Source of the DNA: Cyanophora paradoxa CCMP329
Lineage: Eukaryota; Plantae; Glaucophyta
Direction: 5' to 3'
Assembly: GCA_004431415.1 (NCBI GenBank)
Contig: QPMI01000649.1
Span: forward strand, 62,001 to 126,000
DNA length: 64,000 nucleotides
Shown: in pieces, positions 1 to 12,160 of the stretch
Position numbering within the stretch: position 1 is the stretch's first letter
Layout: every line of letters begins with the position of its first letter
Program-made: the position numbers and the translations under genes
Notes under the pieces: model-generated
What the model saw: the letters and a program-made list of their open reading frames with translations, nothing else
Databases searched by the model: none
What the model was told of the DNA's origin: nothing

Positions 1-72
1 CACACCGGTCCGCTCCGATCCGCCCCCGCCCGCCCCTCCAGCAGCCTGACGCCGCGGGCGGCCCCGCGCAGG

Positions 73-1882
73 GATCAACGAGTACATCCTCTTCAAGCAG
101 TGGGTCCCCAAGACCGACGCCGAATTCGTTCAGCCCGCCCCTCCCCCCTCCCCTCCGCCCCTCCGCCCCTCTCCCCCGCTCACGCCTCCCTCCACGGCAG
201 GCGGGGGCCTGCCTCGCCCTCTTCTTCCTCGCCATGTTCCACGAGCTCCTCGTCGCCGGCCGCGCCCTCGCCGACCTCTGGGTGCCCGCCCCGCTTCATT
301 CCCAATCAAGGAGTCTGGGCTCTTTTAGATGTTAAGAAACACAAGGCATCTCAATTAAGAGGATTAGGCTCTAAATATACCTTAAGATACATAAGACCTT
401 TAAGAGGATTAGGCTCTAAATACGATCCTCAAGAGATCAGGCTTCTAGACGCATAAGATCCTGGAAATGTCCTCTGATCGTCTGATCGACTGGGCCCTCG
501 GGCCGCGCAGTCGGTGAACCGTGCGCGGCGGCGGCTGCGGATGGCGCGCCGCGCGGCGGCCTCCAAGGACGCGGAGGGCGGCGCCTGCCCGCCCCAGACC
601 ACCTTCCAGTGGTGGTCCCGCCCCCAGGTGAAGAAGCGCCCCAGCGCCCCGCTGACCTACCGGCCCCTGCTGACCGGCGCGGGCGCGGGCGCAGGCGCAG
701 GCGGGTCCGGGGCCCGTGCTGGGCACGCCGGCGCCGGCGGTCGCGATGAAGGGCGTCGTCCAGTCGGAGGAGGCGGTCGACGCGAGCGGCGCCGTCGTCG
801 CCGGCGTGCACGTCGTGCGCTCGCTCGCTCGCTCGCCCCCGCCCTGCTCCACAGCGAGCGGCGCTGAGGGCGCGCGCGCGGCGGTGCCGGCAGACCAAGG
901 AGTCGTGCCCCTGCTCGGCCGCGGGGGCCGCCGGCAAGTGCATCAAGCTCAAGCCCGACCCGCTGTGCGCGCGCTCTCCCGCGCGCTCCTAATCTCCTCA
1001 GCTGCTCGCTGGGCGCTGAAGGGCGGGGCGGGGCGGCAGGGACCGCCCGGCGGCCGTCGCGCTGCTGACCGTCGCCCGCCGCTTTGGATTCCGCCTCGTC
1101 ACCTCCGGCATCGGGTGCGCCCTGAGGAGAGACGTCCAATTGCAAGGGCGGTGGCGGTGGCAGGGATAGGATAGGGCAGCCAGCGGCTCCCCCGCCCCCT
1201 CACAACCTGGCCTGCTCGGAGGAGAGACGTCCAGGGGCGGAGGCGGGGGCTGGGGCAGGGATAGGGCAGCCACCGGCTCCTCCGCCCCCTGCCGCCCTCG
1301 TCCCTCCCCCCCCCTCCCCCCGCCCCGCCCCCCCTCCCGCCCCACCCCCGCCCTCCCCTCCCCTCCCCTCGCCCCCCCCTCCCCGCCCCTCCCCTTCCCC
1401 CCCTCCCCCCCCCCCGGGACTCTAAAGCCCTCCGGGCCTCGTGCTTCCTCGTGGGCCCCCCTCACTCGCCCCGGCAGGTACTTCCTGATGCTCGTGGCGA
1501 TGACGTACAACGCGGCGCTCTTCTGCTCCATCATCGCCGGCTTCGCCTTCGGCTCCATCGCCTTCGGCTGGATCCCCGAGTGGTGCGCCGGGGCGCTGAG
1601 AAGCTCGGGTTTAATATGCGTCAGAGGAGAAGCTCAGAAGCTTGTAGCTGTAGCTTACGCTTGTGGGGAAGAAGCTTCGCTTCACGTACTAGAAATGTTA
1701 GCCTTTAGAGTGGTGCGCGGGGGCCCAGATCTAGAAGCCCGCGGCTTGATTCAGAGCTCGCTGGGGCTGTGAGCCGGGCTTGTTTTCTGACCTGGTGGGC
1801 GCAGGTACGCGCTGCAGGGGTACGGGGCCCCCGAGGACGATATCATCCGCGGCGGCGTCGAGACGGAGGACTGCTGCACTTA
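73..1882 (+). CDS. Ctr/COPT (SLC31) family copper transporter, multi-exon, 5' end outside window
   Basis: Spliced exons give GINEYILFKQWVPKT, TM1 ACLALFFLAMFHELLV, TM2 VARRFGFRLVTSGIGYFLMLVAMTYN (diagnostic MxxxM motif), TM3 AALFCSIIAGFAFGSIAFGW (GxxxG) and a C-terminal ETEDCCT* Cys pair. Confidence 0.93.
301..470. repeat. AT-rich intronic insert with duplicated TTAAGAGGATTAGGCTCTAAATA
   Basis: Two direct copies near 355 and 400 plus recurring TAAGA words inside an otherwise GC-rich Ctr intron. Confidence 0.7.
1124..1291. repeat. Imperfect ~95-bp tandem duplication in Ctr intron
   Basis: GGAGAGACGTCCA...GGCAGGGATAG...GCAGCCA.CGGCTCC.CCGCCCCCT occurs twice. Confidence 0.7.
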
Positions 1883-1940
1883 AAAATATATAACTACACG
1901 CGTCGTCTCTTTAACCTAATGATCTATTTGATGCAGCAAG

Positions 1941-2262
1941 ATGGATTATTTCTCGATGCACTCAGTGGCTCTGTGTTTTGCAGGCTTGCTTATATTCGAC
2001 ATGTGGTTTTCTCTTCAGGGCTCCAGTTGTAGAGCCTGGTATAGTATTTTTGTTCCAGTGCTAGTATTGGAGGTGGTGACGGCGATTCTTTTTCATTTCT
2101 CTGCCAGACTCCATTCAGATTTAATTTAAAAAACTCTCAATCTTGATCCGACGACGCGCCCCGGGCCCCTTTCCCTGGTCGATCACGGTCTGCATGTTGC
2201 CCATGCTGCCGGTCTGGGCCGGCGGTGCTCGGCAGTCGACGAGCACCCCCAGAGACGGGGGG

Positions 2263-2295
<33 letters not shown>

Positions 2296-2653
2296 TATCG
2301 ATGTGGCTCGTGCACGTACGCGTGGTACTCTTTTTAGAAAAAGGCCCGCGCGCGCCGGTTGACGACAAGAGGGGGCGCCTAATCTGCAGGAGCTGTGCGC
2401 GGTTCTAGGGCGGTAACACTCGGGCTCAGGCGGCCTGCGCATGCCGCTGATCATGATCGGCCTGGCGCGCGGGCGGCGAGGAAGGCGAGGGCGCGCCGCG
2501 GGGTCGGCCTGGACGATATCGATCGCGAGGAGCGCCGCGAACCTGGCCGCAGCCGCGGCGTTGGCCGCGGCGTGGGTGTCCTCCGTCGACGTCGGGGCAG
2601 TGGCGGATGCATATGTCCTCCGGGGGCGGGGGCTTCTTCGCGCGCCTTCTTAA
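1941..2653 (+). CDS. Possible small hydrophobic/membrane hypothetical protein (exon structure uncertain)
   Basis: Hydrophobic segments MDYFSMHSVALCFAGLLIFDMWF, PWSITVCMLPMLPVW and [12 protein letters not shown] lie in separate ORFs with plausible splice sites. No family recognised. Confidence 0.3.
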
Positions 2654-3641
2654 GCTTCGATTCGTGCCCTCCGGGATCCAGTACTTCGAATTCGTACGTA
2701 TCCCACGTGCACATCTATATTATCAGTTTATCACCGTGCGATCATGCAGGTAAAAGCGAGGGGCTTGATTATAATTATTCAATACCGTAGTACGCTAAGC
2801 CTTGCCGCAGTACCGTTCGTGATCAGCATCGTCACGGATCCCCGGAAGAGATCACGCTAACGTTGGCATGCATATGTCCATGGACCGGAGGCACCGCGCG
2901 CGGGCGGCCGACGACGCCAACGCGAACGTTTAACGGCGGATCTGACAATCGCGATCCGCCGAACGTGACCCGAGACCTTCTGATGAGAGCTTTGGCCTCA
3001 ATCTTGTGGCGCACCCCTGAAGCCCTCATGATCATCCCTGATCATGAATTCCGCCCCCCACCCCCACCCCCACCCGGGCGCGCGCTTTCCTCAAGGCCTA
3101 GGTCCCCTGCCCCGCCCAGCCCCGCCCCGCTCCGCCCCCGACCTAGGCCTGTCCTTTCCTCCCCCCCCTCCCCCCGCACCTTTCTAAAAATCGCCAACTC
3201 CATCGAGTTCGCGAGTTCGAGCTTGTAGCTATATATAGGTTCCGACGTCGACTCCCCGTAAGAATGCGAAGAAACTAAACGATGTTCTTGAAGACTGCGC
3301 TACGTATATTGGTACAAGCTGCAGCCTGCAGGCCTACGTATACGTACACAGGCTGCAGCACAAAACTTTGCACATAAAATCACTATCGCTTGTGATCTTA
3401 TGCAGCTCGCATAATTGTCGAGATCTGGATCTAGACCAAGCTAGTACTAGTGCTGCCGATCGCAGATTCTCGCAAAAACGCCGAACGACTTCGCGACTAG
3501 GATCAGGTCTTGCAAAAAATTGCGGCGCGAATTCGAAAACTTTCTAATGCCTGAAAAAGAAATTCGACCAAAAAGCCTAAAAGAATTCGAAGGAGTCCGA
3601 GGCTCAGCGTTGCAATCTACTGCCAGGCTGAAAACTAATCA

Positions 3642-5254
3642 TCACGAGCTGCTACCAGTGCTGCGGTCCACGTCCTGGGGGGCGTGCAGGTGCCGCCGCT
3701 CCCAGAGGCTCATGCGGGGTGCCGGTGCGCGTGATGGCGCCGGAGGCGGCCGCGGAGGGCCCGCGGCCGTGAGCGGCGGCGCCAAGGGCTGCAGGTGGCC
3801 GAAGTGCGGTCCCACCGAGGAGAAGAGGGGCGAGGTCGACAGGGAGATGGCCGCCACGGATTCGTCGTCCACCTCTGCGGGGAATGTATATTCATAAGAA
3901 GCTACAGAAGCGACAGATCTCAACGATGCCGACGTCGACGCACCGGCGGAGCAGCGGAGGCGGCGACATCCGATGGAATGGTCGAATATCGTCATCGCCT
4001 CGGATAGGGTCCGCAGGAAGTCGAGCGCCCTGCAGCGGCATCAATGATCGAGCTGGCGCTCAAAGTTCTAGTATTTTATTTAGTTAATTTTGCATATGGT
4101 CCGACGGTCGGAATAATTTGCACCGGATCGTGTGCATAATCAGCGTGTCCCTGAGCGAACGAGGCGATGAGGGGACGGCGACCCTGTCGGGCACGACGTG
4201 CGAAGCGCAGATCTACCGCAAGAAAGAGTTAGTTCCGCTTTAAATTTCAGTCGCGGTATAATTTCAATCAATTTACAGATAAATCGATTTCAAGCTGACC
4301 TTGCAGAGGCTTCTGACGAAGCGCTGACGGGAGACGTGGGGCGCCCCCTGGCGGTCCACCTCCCAGTCCTGCTTGGCCTTCTCCAGCGCCACGAGCGCGT
4401 CCAATTTGTAGGGCGGCGGGAGGAGCACGCGCTGCAGTATCAGGTGCGACCTGCCTCGATGGTGGTTGGCGAAAAAGCGAATCGAATACATTTAGTTTAT
4501 TAAGGGGTTGCATGGCGAAGGGCAGACCTTGTGTAGCGGTCGTAGCAGAGGTGGTCGGGCTCGCGATCGGGCGCGGCGCCGGCCCGAGGCGCGTGCACGG
4601 CGGCCCAGATCTGTTGCCCGCGATCGCGAGGCGTTATTTATGTTTGAAAAATGAATATATTAGTTGATGTTGGCTCTAAATCTGCCAAGCTCGGCGCTAC
4701 TCGGCGCGACGGCGCACCTGCTCGATCTCGATGCCAACGGAGGGCACAGAGGCGAGGCGGCGGCGGAGAAGCCGCGAGTAGCTGAGGGACGGGCCGCTCT
4801 GCACACGCAGCTCGCGTCCGGAGGAACCGAAATAACTCGAATCGACCGCGCCCGGGACCGCGGCCGTGCGGGACGAATTCGAAGGCTTCGTCCGGGAAGC
4901 TGCGAATTCGAAGCGGGGCGCCGCGGGCGGCCGCGGAGGAGCGGGCGAGGAGGATCGGGAGGAGGAGGCGGAGGAGGCGGAGGAGGAGCAGGAGGGCCTG
5001 CGGGGGGAGGACCCGGAGGACCGGGGCGTCGACTGGGAGAGGGGGCTCGCGACCGCGAGCGGGCCGAGCTCCTCGTCGTCTCGCGAGGCGACCCAGTCGT
5101 CGAGGGCCTGCAGCTGCATCCGCATCCGCAGCCGCTCGAGCTCCACCTGCGGCGCCAGCTCCGCGATCCGCGCCGGCGTCTGCGGTTTCGGCATATGCAT
5201 ATGCATGCAGATGTCCATGGTCATGATCAGCGTTGAATTCGAAGCTTCACGCAA
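3642..5254 (-). CDS. Hypothetical protein, multi-exon, Ser/Pro-rich
   Basis: Protein-like exons ELERLRMRMQLQALDDW, IWAAVHAP...HLCYDRY, HLILQRVLLPPPYKLDALVALEKAKQDWEVD and ALDFLRTLSEAMTIF are separated by AT-richer GT-AG introns. Start codon uncertain. Confidence 0.6.
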
Positions 5255-5792
5255 GCGCTGTCGACTGTGAAGTATTTAGAGCTGGCCACAGCAGCTGAAG
5301 CTGCCACACGGATCCGGAGCTCTAGCCGCGCGCTGGGCGTCGATTGAAATGCCGCGCGCGCGCGCTCGCGCCTGAATTTCGAAATCGCTCTCTGGCCTCG
5401 GCGCGGCGACGCTTGCCGCAGTGCAGCGTTCTCTTTGTTGCAGCCGCTGCCTGCACGCGCGCGCACGTAGCTTCTCGAGCTCCTCTGAACTTCGGAATCT
5501 TGATCAGAAGCTGCCGGGCTCCGACGCCGCGCACGCGTACGTGCACCGGCGGTACTACGGTACTAGGACTAGGCCGATAGCTACATGTACAGCTAGCGCT
5601 GCGCTAGCGCTGCCAGTGCGGCTGCTTCGTCTGCGCGCTGATATGCTGCAGGCTGCAGCGCTACAGCCTACCGGTAGCCTGCAGACTGCACTGGCCCTGC
5701 CAGGCTGCAGGCGAGGACGCCGGCCGTGCGCCGGCGCCGGCGAAGCCGCTGAGCGGGCATATGCATGCGCGCAGGCGGCGCAGCCTCGCAGG

Positions 5793-6318
5793 CAGGGTTC
5801 GCCGCCCATAAATTATGGAAAAAGTATTCCATAATTTTTCGAAAAATTATGGGATAATTTTTGCCCCCCGTTTCGGCCACCCATAATTTATAGAAAATTT
5901 TTAGAGGACACCCCCCTGGCGCCTCTAAACGTTATAAGATAGATCTACAGTGTATTGAAAGCAAATAAGGCTGCTTTGCGGGTGCTGAATGCGAGGTGCG
6001 TCGGCGCCTCTTCCCCCCTCTAAGAGCCCCTACCCCCCCCTCTATAGCTAGCTGTCACCCAGCCATCCTTGCAATTGCTGCAGAGCGTCATTAGCGGCCC
6101 ATGGGCCATGGCCAGGACATACCTCTGAGAGTCAATAAAGCACTCTGACATGCATATAATGCTTCTGAGCAACGAAAAAAGGCTGAGCGACGAAACTTTT
6201 CCGCTTTGTATGCGGCATAATTTTTCCCATAATTTTCCATAATTTATACATACAAGGCAAAAATTATCGCCATAATTTTTGGACCCTCGGGGGACCCCCA
6301 ATAATTTTCACATCCCTG
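5793..6318. mobile_element. Non-autonomous hAT-type element (MITE), 526 bp
   Basis: Termini CAGGG...CCCTG. Flanking 8-mers CTCGCAGG (5785-5792) and CTCGCAGC (6319-6326) match at 7/8. Clustered CCATAATT/AATTATGG subterminal motifs occur at both ends. Confidence 0.8.
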
Positions 6319-6409
6319 CTCGCAGCCTAGAGTCGCAGGCCGCGCGCGCAGCCCTGGGCACCCGGTGACCAGTTGACCACAATGGTCACTTGAAGCCCGT
6401 GAGGCCGTA

Positions 6410-7505
6410 CCCCCCTGCAACCGAACTTGCGTCATGATCACAACTTTGACTCACAAGTTGCGTGTCGATTCAAATTTCTCAGGGCCGCTCCCCGCCTACT
6501 CGACTTGCGAACCGTTTCGCTTGCGACGTTTCGAATGCGAAAAGGTTCGATTCCCCAAAGTTAACGCCCAATTGCAAGTTGCGGCCCAACTTCCCCAAGC
6601 CTGCATGGCGCAGGCGCCGCAGGCTGGATCGAGCCTGGCGGCCTGGCGGGCCGGCGCCGGCGGCGCGGCGCCTGGCGACCCTGGCCCCAATTTCGCCCCG
6701 AATTCGAACTTCAGGCTTCAGGCTTGCAATCATTGAATTGGCAATTGCAAATTTGCAATTGCAAGTTGGGCCCCAATATTAATTGCAAGTTCCCCCAACT
6801 TGGCATGCGCAACTTCGTGCAGCGCAAGGCCCGACTCGGCGACTCCCCGGCGTCGACGTCCCTCCCCGCGCCCGACTCCCTGGGCCGACTCCGACCCCGG
6901 CCGAGTCGTCGGCGCGGCGGCGCCGGGCCGCCGGCCGCGGCCGGCCGCGGCGTCGTCGACTCGTCGCTACTGACTCGCTAGCTGGCCATGGACAGTCTGG
7001 ACTCGCCGGCGACTCGGCGGCGAGTCGCCGCTCGCTGCTCGATCGTGAATGGCAGTGATTATGCCACTGCCCATTCTGGCCCCATTGATCTTAATTGACG
7101 TTTTAAATGGGCGAAAGTCCCGCGAGACATCGAAGTTTTGTATGGCCGCGGCCGCCGTTCCCGCGGCCGGCCGGCGCGGCGAGTTCCCGGAGTCGACGTC
7201 CGATCGCGCGATCGTATCCGGAGTCCGGACGTCGACGTCGACCGATGGTCACCGATCGCGACGGTTCCAGAATCCAGAATCCGGATCCTTATAATTCACA
7301 CGGAAATTCGTCCTGCGTCGGAAATTTCGATTGTTTCAAGCAATCATCGTTTGATCACGAATTGCAAGTTGCAAATTGCAGTTCACGATCGCGAATTCGA
7401 AGAATTCGGGGCTCTGAGCGACATCTCCAGGTCCTTGATCATGAGCTCGCGCGCATTAAAACGTTCGCGATGAAGATGAATCCCAGTCCGGTCCGGTGGA
7501 GGGGA
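6410..7505. mobile_element. Probable nested, degenerate transposon-derived block
   Basis: Outer segments are rich in TTGCAA/GTTGC words and inner segments in GACTC/GAGTC/GTCGAC words. No convincing ORF, TIR or TSD. Confidence 0.4.
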
Positions 7506-7781
7506 TGCCGGACCCCCTCTGGCTGCAGTGGCTCATGATCAACTTGGCAAATATAAGCCATGCCTTGATTATCAGTATATAAAGCTTGCTAATGCTTTCA
7601 TATATGTTTCAAGTTTCCCGAGCATCATGCGCAGTTCGAACTTTGGAGTCACCGAGTTGCGAACGCAAATCCGCTAGGAGATCTAGATCTAGAGCGCCGT
7701 CGTGCGCCAGCCTCCAGGGTCAAGCGCTAGATCCTTGAGCTCAATCGCGAGTATGATCAGGAACGGGCAAGGAGAATCGGG

Positions 7782-10700
7782 CTAGAGGAGAAACGAAGAA
7801 GCTGCAGATCTGAAATATTCGAAGAAAAAAGTGCACAACCGCATTTCACAAGATAACCTTAGAAGAATAAATGCTCCAAAACGTGTGCGAGCTCCAGAAG
7901 AAGCTTCCAGGTGCCCTCGGGCGGCCCTTCAGCTGTAGCTTAGACCAGCCGATCCCTTCCCGCCCGTACGAGTCCCGCCGGCGGCGGGGCGTTGGGGCGA
8001 GCCCCACCGCCCGTACCCGCCACCCGGCGACGGCAGCGCCTGCCCCGGCGGCGAGTCCGGCCGGAGGGGGTACTGCGCGCGGCGGGTTGGATCGCGGCCC
8101 GTACCCCCCCCCCGGGTGCGCTCATCGGACGCGTACCTCGTCGGAGGCGTGGAGGGGCACAGCGATTCGACGGGGCGGCTTGTGCGCCGGGGGCGAGTGC
8201 GAGGCGACGGGGCGGCGGGGTACGCGCGTGTGGCCGGGGCGCCCCGTGGAGGGGGCGGAGGGCGGCGTGGGTGGGAGGAAGGCGTGCGGCCCGAAACCGC
8301 CCGGCGCGGATTCGAGCACACGATGGGCGGGCCGCCCGAGGCGCGGGAGCCGCGGGCTGCCCCCCGTACGGCTCTTGGTGGCCTTACCCCGCCGGGGGGG
8401 CGTCTGGGGCTCCTCGGAGGGCTCCAGGGGGGGTAGAGCCTTCCCCGCCGTCCGCGCCGCGAAGTCTTCGAAGAGGTACGCGAACGCGGCGATGAGGTCC
8501 TCTGCGGGGTACGCGTTCACGGCGGAAGGGGAGGAAGACGGGGCTACGCGGTTCATTGCACCCTGACGGCGGGGGGGGCTCCGGGGCGGCTTGCACGCGT
8601 CGCCGCTGGCCGTTGGCCCTCGGGCCAAAGACGAGCCGGTCGAGGGGGGAGAATCTAGCGGGACGAGGGGGGGTACAGCACGCGGGGCCGGCGGGGGTGG
8701 CGCCTGCGCCTGCGAGGCCGCGGCCGCCCCCTCCCCCTCCCCCTCGCCATCCAGCGGAGGGCTGCAGAAGCGCATCGCAAAAAGAAATGCCGCTGGCGGG
8801 ATTCGGGCTCGCACCTCTCGGGCGGCTCGGGCGTCCAGTCCACGTCGTCTACGGTGACGGGGCCTGAGCCCCTGGTAGCTCCCTCGGCCCCCGGGACCAA
8901 AGGCGCGGGCGCGGCCTTGCGCCGCGCGTGAGGAAGGGGCGGTGGGAAAGGGAGGGGCCTCGGGGACCTGGAGCGCGGCCGCGGGCGCCCGGGCGGGAAC
9001 GTAGCCCCTCCCGACGAGCAGCGGGCCGCCCCCGGCCCTGCGCGGCGCGGCGCGGCGCACGTCTCGACCCAGAGGAAGGAGGGAGAGACGAGGAAGGGGG
9101 GCACGCAGCCGCACCGCCGCTGCCGCCTGCTCTCCCGCAGGGCGCGCCGCGCCGCGCGGCGCCGCACCGCAGCCTGGAGTGAACCTCAGGCGCGGGGCGT
9201 GACTCATGCGTGGCCGGAAGGAATGAGGGGTACCTGGAGAACAGTAGCGGCCGCCCAGCGCCGGTCCGCAGCCGCGGCGTGCGCCGCCCACGCCCCCGCC
9301 GAGCGTTGCTGTACCCCGATGCCGTAACCGGGCGCGGGCCCGGAGTTGGTGCGGCTGCGCTCGATGAGGGGATAGGGGGTATAGGGAAGGGGAAGGGGGA
9401 GCGGGCGCACGCCGCTGGCGCCGGGGCGCGAGGGGAAGCGGCGGAGACAGTGCGGCGCGGGGGCGAGCCGGGCGGCCCGCGCCGGCGGCCCCTAAGCAGC
9501 CGGGGTACATGATTAAAATACCCGAGGAGGTGAGGCGGGGTATGCGCACGCGGGGGAAGCGCGGAGGGACCGGGGGGGCGATCTGGAGGGGGGCGAGGCA
9601 TGCCGGCGGCTGGCCCCGCGAGCGCTCGATCGTGGGGGGTCCGGCCGGCTTCGCCGGGTCCGCCCGCCCCGCCCGCCCGCGGCGCGGCAGCCCCAGGGCC
9701 TGCCTGAGCGCGCGCTCCCTCCTCCGCGCCAGCGCGGCCCTGCCGGGCCCGTCACCGGGATCGCCCCGTCCCGTACCCCTCCCGCCTCGATCCTTCGCAC
9801 CGGATCGCCGACGTGATCACGAGCGCGGCGCGCTCGAGAGCCTCCGCCGGGGTCGCTGGGCGGAGGGCGGGTACGTGAAAAAGAGGGCGAGAGAGACGAG
9901 ATTGTTCGGGGGGTACGGCCTCACCCGCGGACCGCTCTCCCGTGACGAGGTTCACGAACTCGATCGGGGGCGGTGCGCCCTGCCGCCGGGATCGCTGGGG
10001 CCGGCATCGAGGGGGGCGCAGGTGCAGCGAACGGGCGAACCCGGCGATCGGAGGGGCCCGGGGGCGCCACGGGCACCCAGGGCGCGAAGAGGAGGTAGGG
10101 CCCTGCCGCGCGCGTCAGCGGAGGGCGCCGGGCGGCAGGGCCGAGGCCGGGGCCGGGGTCGGGGGAGCGGACGGGCGGCGGGGCAGGAGGGGGCGCGGAG
10201 GGGCCGGCCTGAGGCGGCGTAGTCGTCGGACCAGTAGGCGGGCAGGCTCCCGAGGTCCGCCCGCACCTCCGCCAGCTGCCGCCCCCGCCATGAGCGCGAG
10301 GAAACGGGCCGGGAAACATATATGGAAACTCGACTAGAGTCTAATGCGTGATTCTGAAAGAGGCGGCGCGGGGCGCACGCGGGATACGCAGTCCCGAACG
10401 ATGGCCGCCGGGTGCAGCCGCGTGCTCGTGCACCTGTTGAAGGGGGGGGGGGAGTTACAGGGGGTACGGGACGAATTGAAATATGGGGTGGGGGACGGGG
10501 CACGTGTCCGGGTGGAAGTAGAACGGGCGTCCGCGGGTCTGCGCGCCCGGGCCGTTGAGAAAAAAGGACAATAGACGCAGGGGGGGTACGAACGCACGTC
10601 GCGCTCGGCATCCCAGCCGGGGGGTAGGGCCGCGATCGTCAGGTAGTGAATCTGCGGCGAATCGTTTTCGTCGGAAGGGGGTAGGGGAGAACGGAGGGGG

Positions 10701-11950
10701 ATAGAGGCAAAGCGGACCCAAAGGAGTGCCCAGTCGGCGGCGGCGGTGGAGGGGGGGGAGAAGGGGCTGTCGGGGGCCCCCCGCGCCGCCTCCTCCCGAA
10801 CCGCCGCCAGGGGTACCTGAAAAGCCAGGGACACGTTGCAGGGCAGACCGTGCCGACGCAGGGTGGGGGGCTGGGGCGCGAACCACGTCCGGGTACACGC
10901 GAGGGAAGAGAGCGGGGTGGACGCGCCCCGCCCCCCGGGGGCTGGTGGCTGCGCTGGCGGGGGTACGCGGGCTGCTGGCCGCGGGTTGGGGCAGCTGGGC
11001 GAGGGACTGGGGGGCGGAGGGAGGTACGGGGCCCTCCTCCACGATCGCCGGCAGGTCCTGCTGGACGCTGGGGCGGCGCGCCTCCGGGGTACCGGGCGCC
11101 AGCCGGGGGGCTACAGGCTCCAGGAGGGGCACGCGTTGGGGCATTGCGGGGGCGGAGGAGGGCCGGGGCTCGTCGGGGGGGAGGGGGGAGTGCTCGGAGG
11201 GGGGTAGGCTGGGCCTGCGGTTCGGGGTGGCGGGGTCGATCCCGGGTCCAGGGGAGGTCGGGGTCCAGCTGGCCCGCAGCCGCATCTGGGAGCTCGGCCG
11301 GCGCCGCGTCGGGCTCTCCGTCGGCGGCGGCGGCGGCGGAGGAGCCGGAGAGCGGAAGTAGGACCCGTCTGGGCTCCTGATATCGATCGTTTGTGTGAGG
11401 AGCGGTGTGGCGGAGCGGGGGCGGGGGCGGGGGCGGGGGCGGGGGCGGGGGCGGAGGGCGCACGGGGACGCGTCGGCGACCGAAGGGGAGCGCGGCGCGA
11501 TCAGAGCGGCCACGTCGACGCCGCTGCGGCGAACGCGTCAGGGGCGCGCCCCGCCGGGCCGGGCCCGAGCGCAGGCGGCGGACCGCGAGGCCAATTCGAT
11601 CTCGACGCGGCGGCGCGCGCGCTCGTGCTGCTGCATCTCCTGCATCGCCGCCCGCCGCCTCGGCTCCAGCGCTGCCGGGCCGTCAGCCGCAACGCCTCAG
11701 GGAGACTTGCGCTGCCCATCGCCGGCGGTGGGGCCGGGCAACTGCGTTCTCACCCGCCAAGAACACGCGAAGCTCCTCTTCCGACAGCTTCTGCAGGTCG
11801 GTGGCTCCATCGTCCGCTGCATTGCGAAGTCGACATGTCACTCGGACGTGTACACGGCATGCGGCGCAGCAGCGGTCTCTCCGGCGGCGCACCGGTGACT
11901 GGGGACAGCGGAGCATCCGCGCTAGCGCGGGCCGCGCCTACCGCTAGCAT
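7782..11950 (-). CDS. Proline-rich protein with WW domain(s) and IQ-like motifs, multi-exon
   Basis: Spliced WW-like LPPGWDAERD/TRGRPFYFHPDT/CTSTRLHP (about 10400-10630), a second degenerate unit PWVPV...IEFVNLVTGER, and IQ-like AALVITSAIRAALARR and AAATVLQAAVRRRAARR. The 3' end is uncertain. Confidence 0.6.
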
Positions 11951-12160
11951 ACCGGCGGTTTTCCTTCAGGCGGCGCCGGCTAGGGGCGAGCGGTTATGAG
12001 TAGATTCTGCAACTCGATCTAGGTGCCTCTTACGGGTCGCCGGTGCCCATCTTGCCTGCTGGAGGAATCCACGCTTTGGGGGGAAGGGGCGTGGTGGGGG
12101 TACACCAGCACAGGCCGTCGTCTCAACGTTCGCAAAGCGATTCCCGCCGCCCGCCACCCC

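Noticed and set aside
7700-7910. Plus-strand peptide ILELNREYDQERARR...MLQNVCELQKKL as a separate gene
   Set aside because: No coherent start or splice path, and it overlaps the likely last exons of the minus-strand WW/IQ gene.
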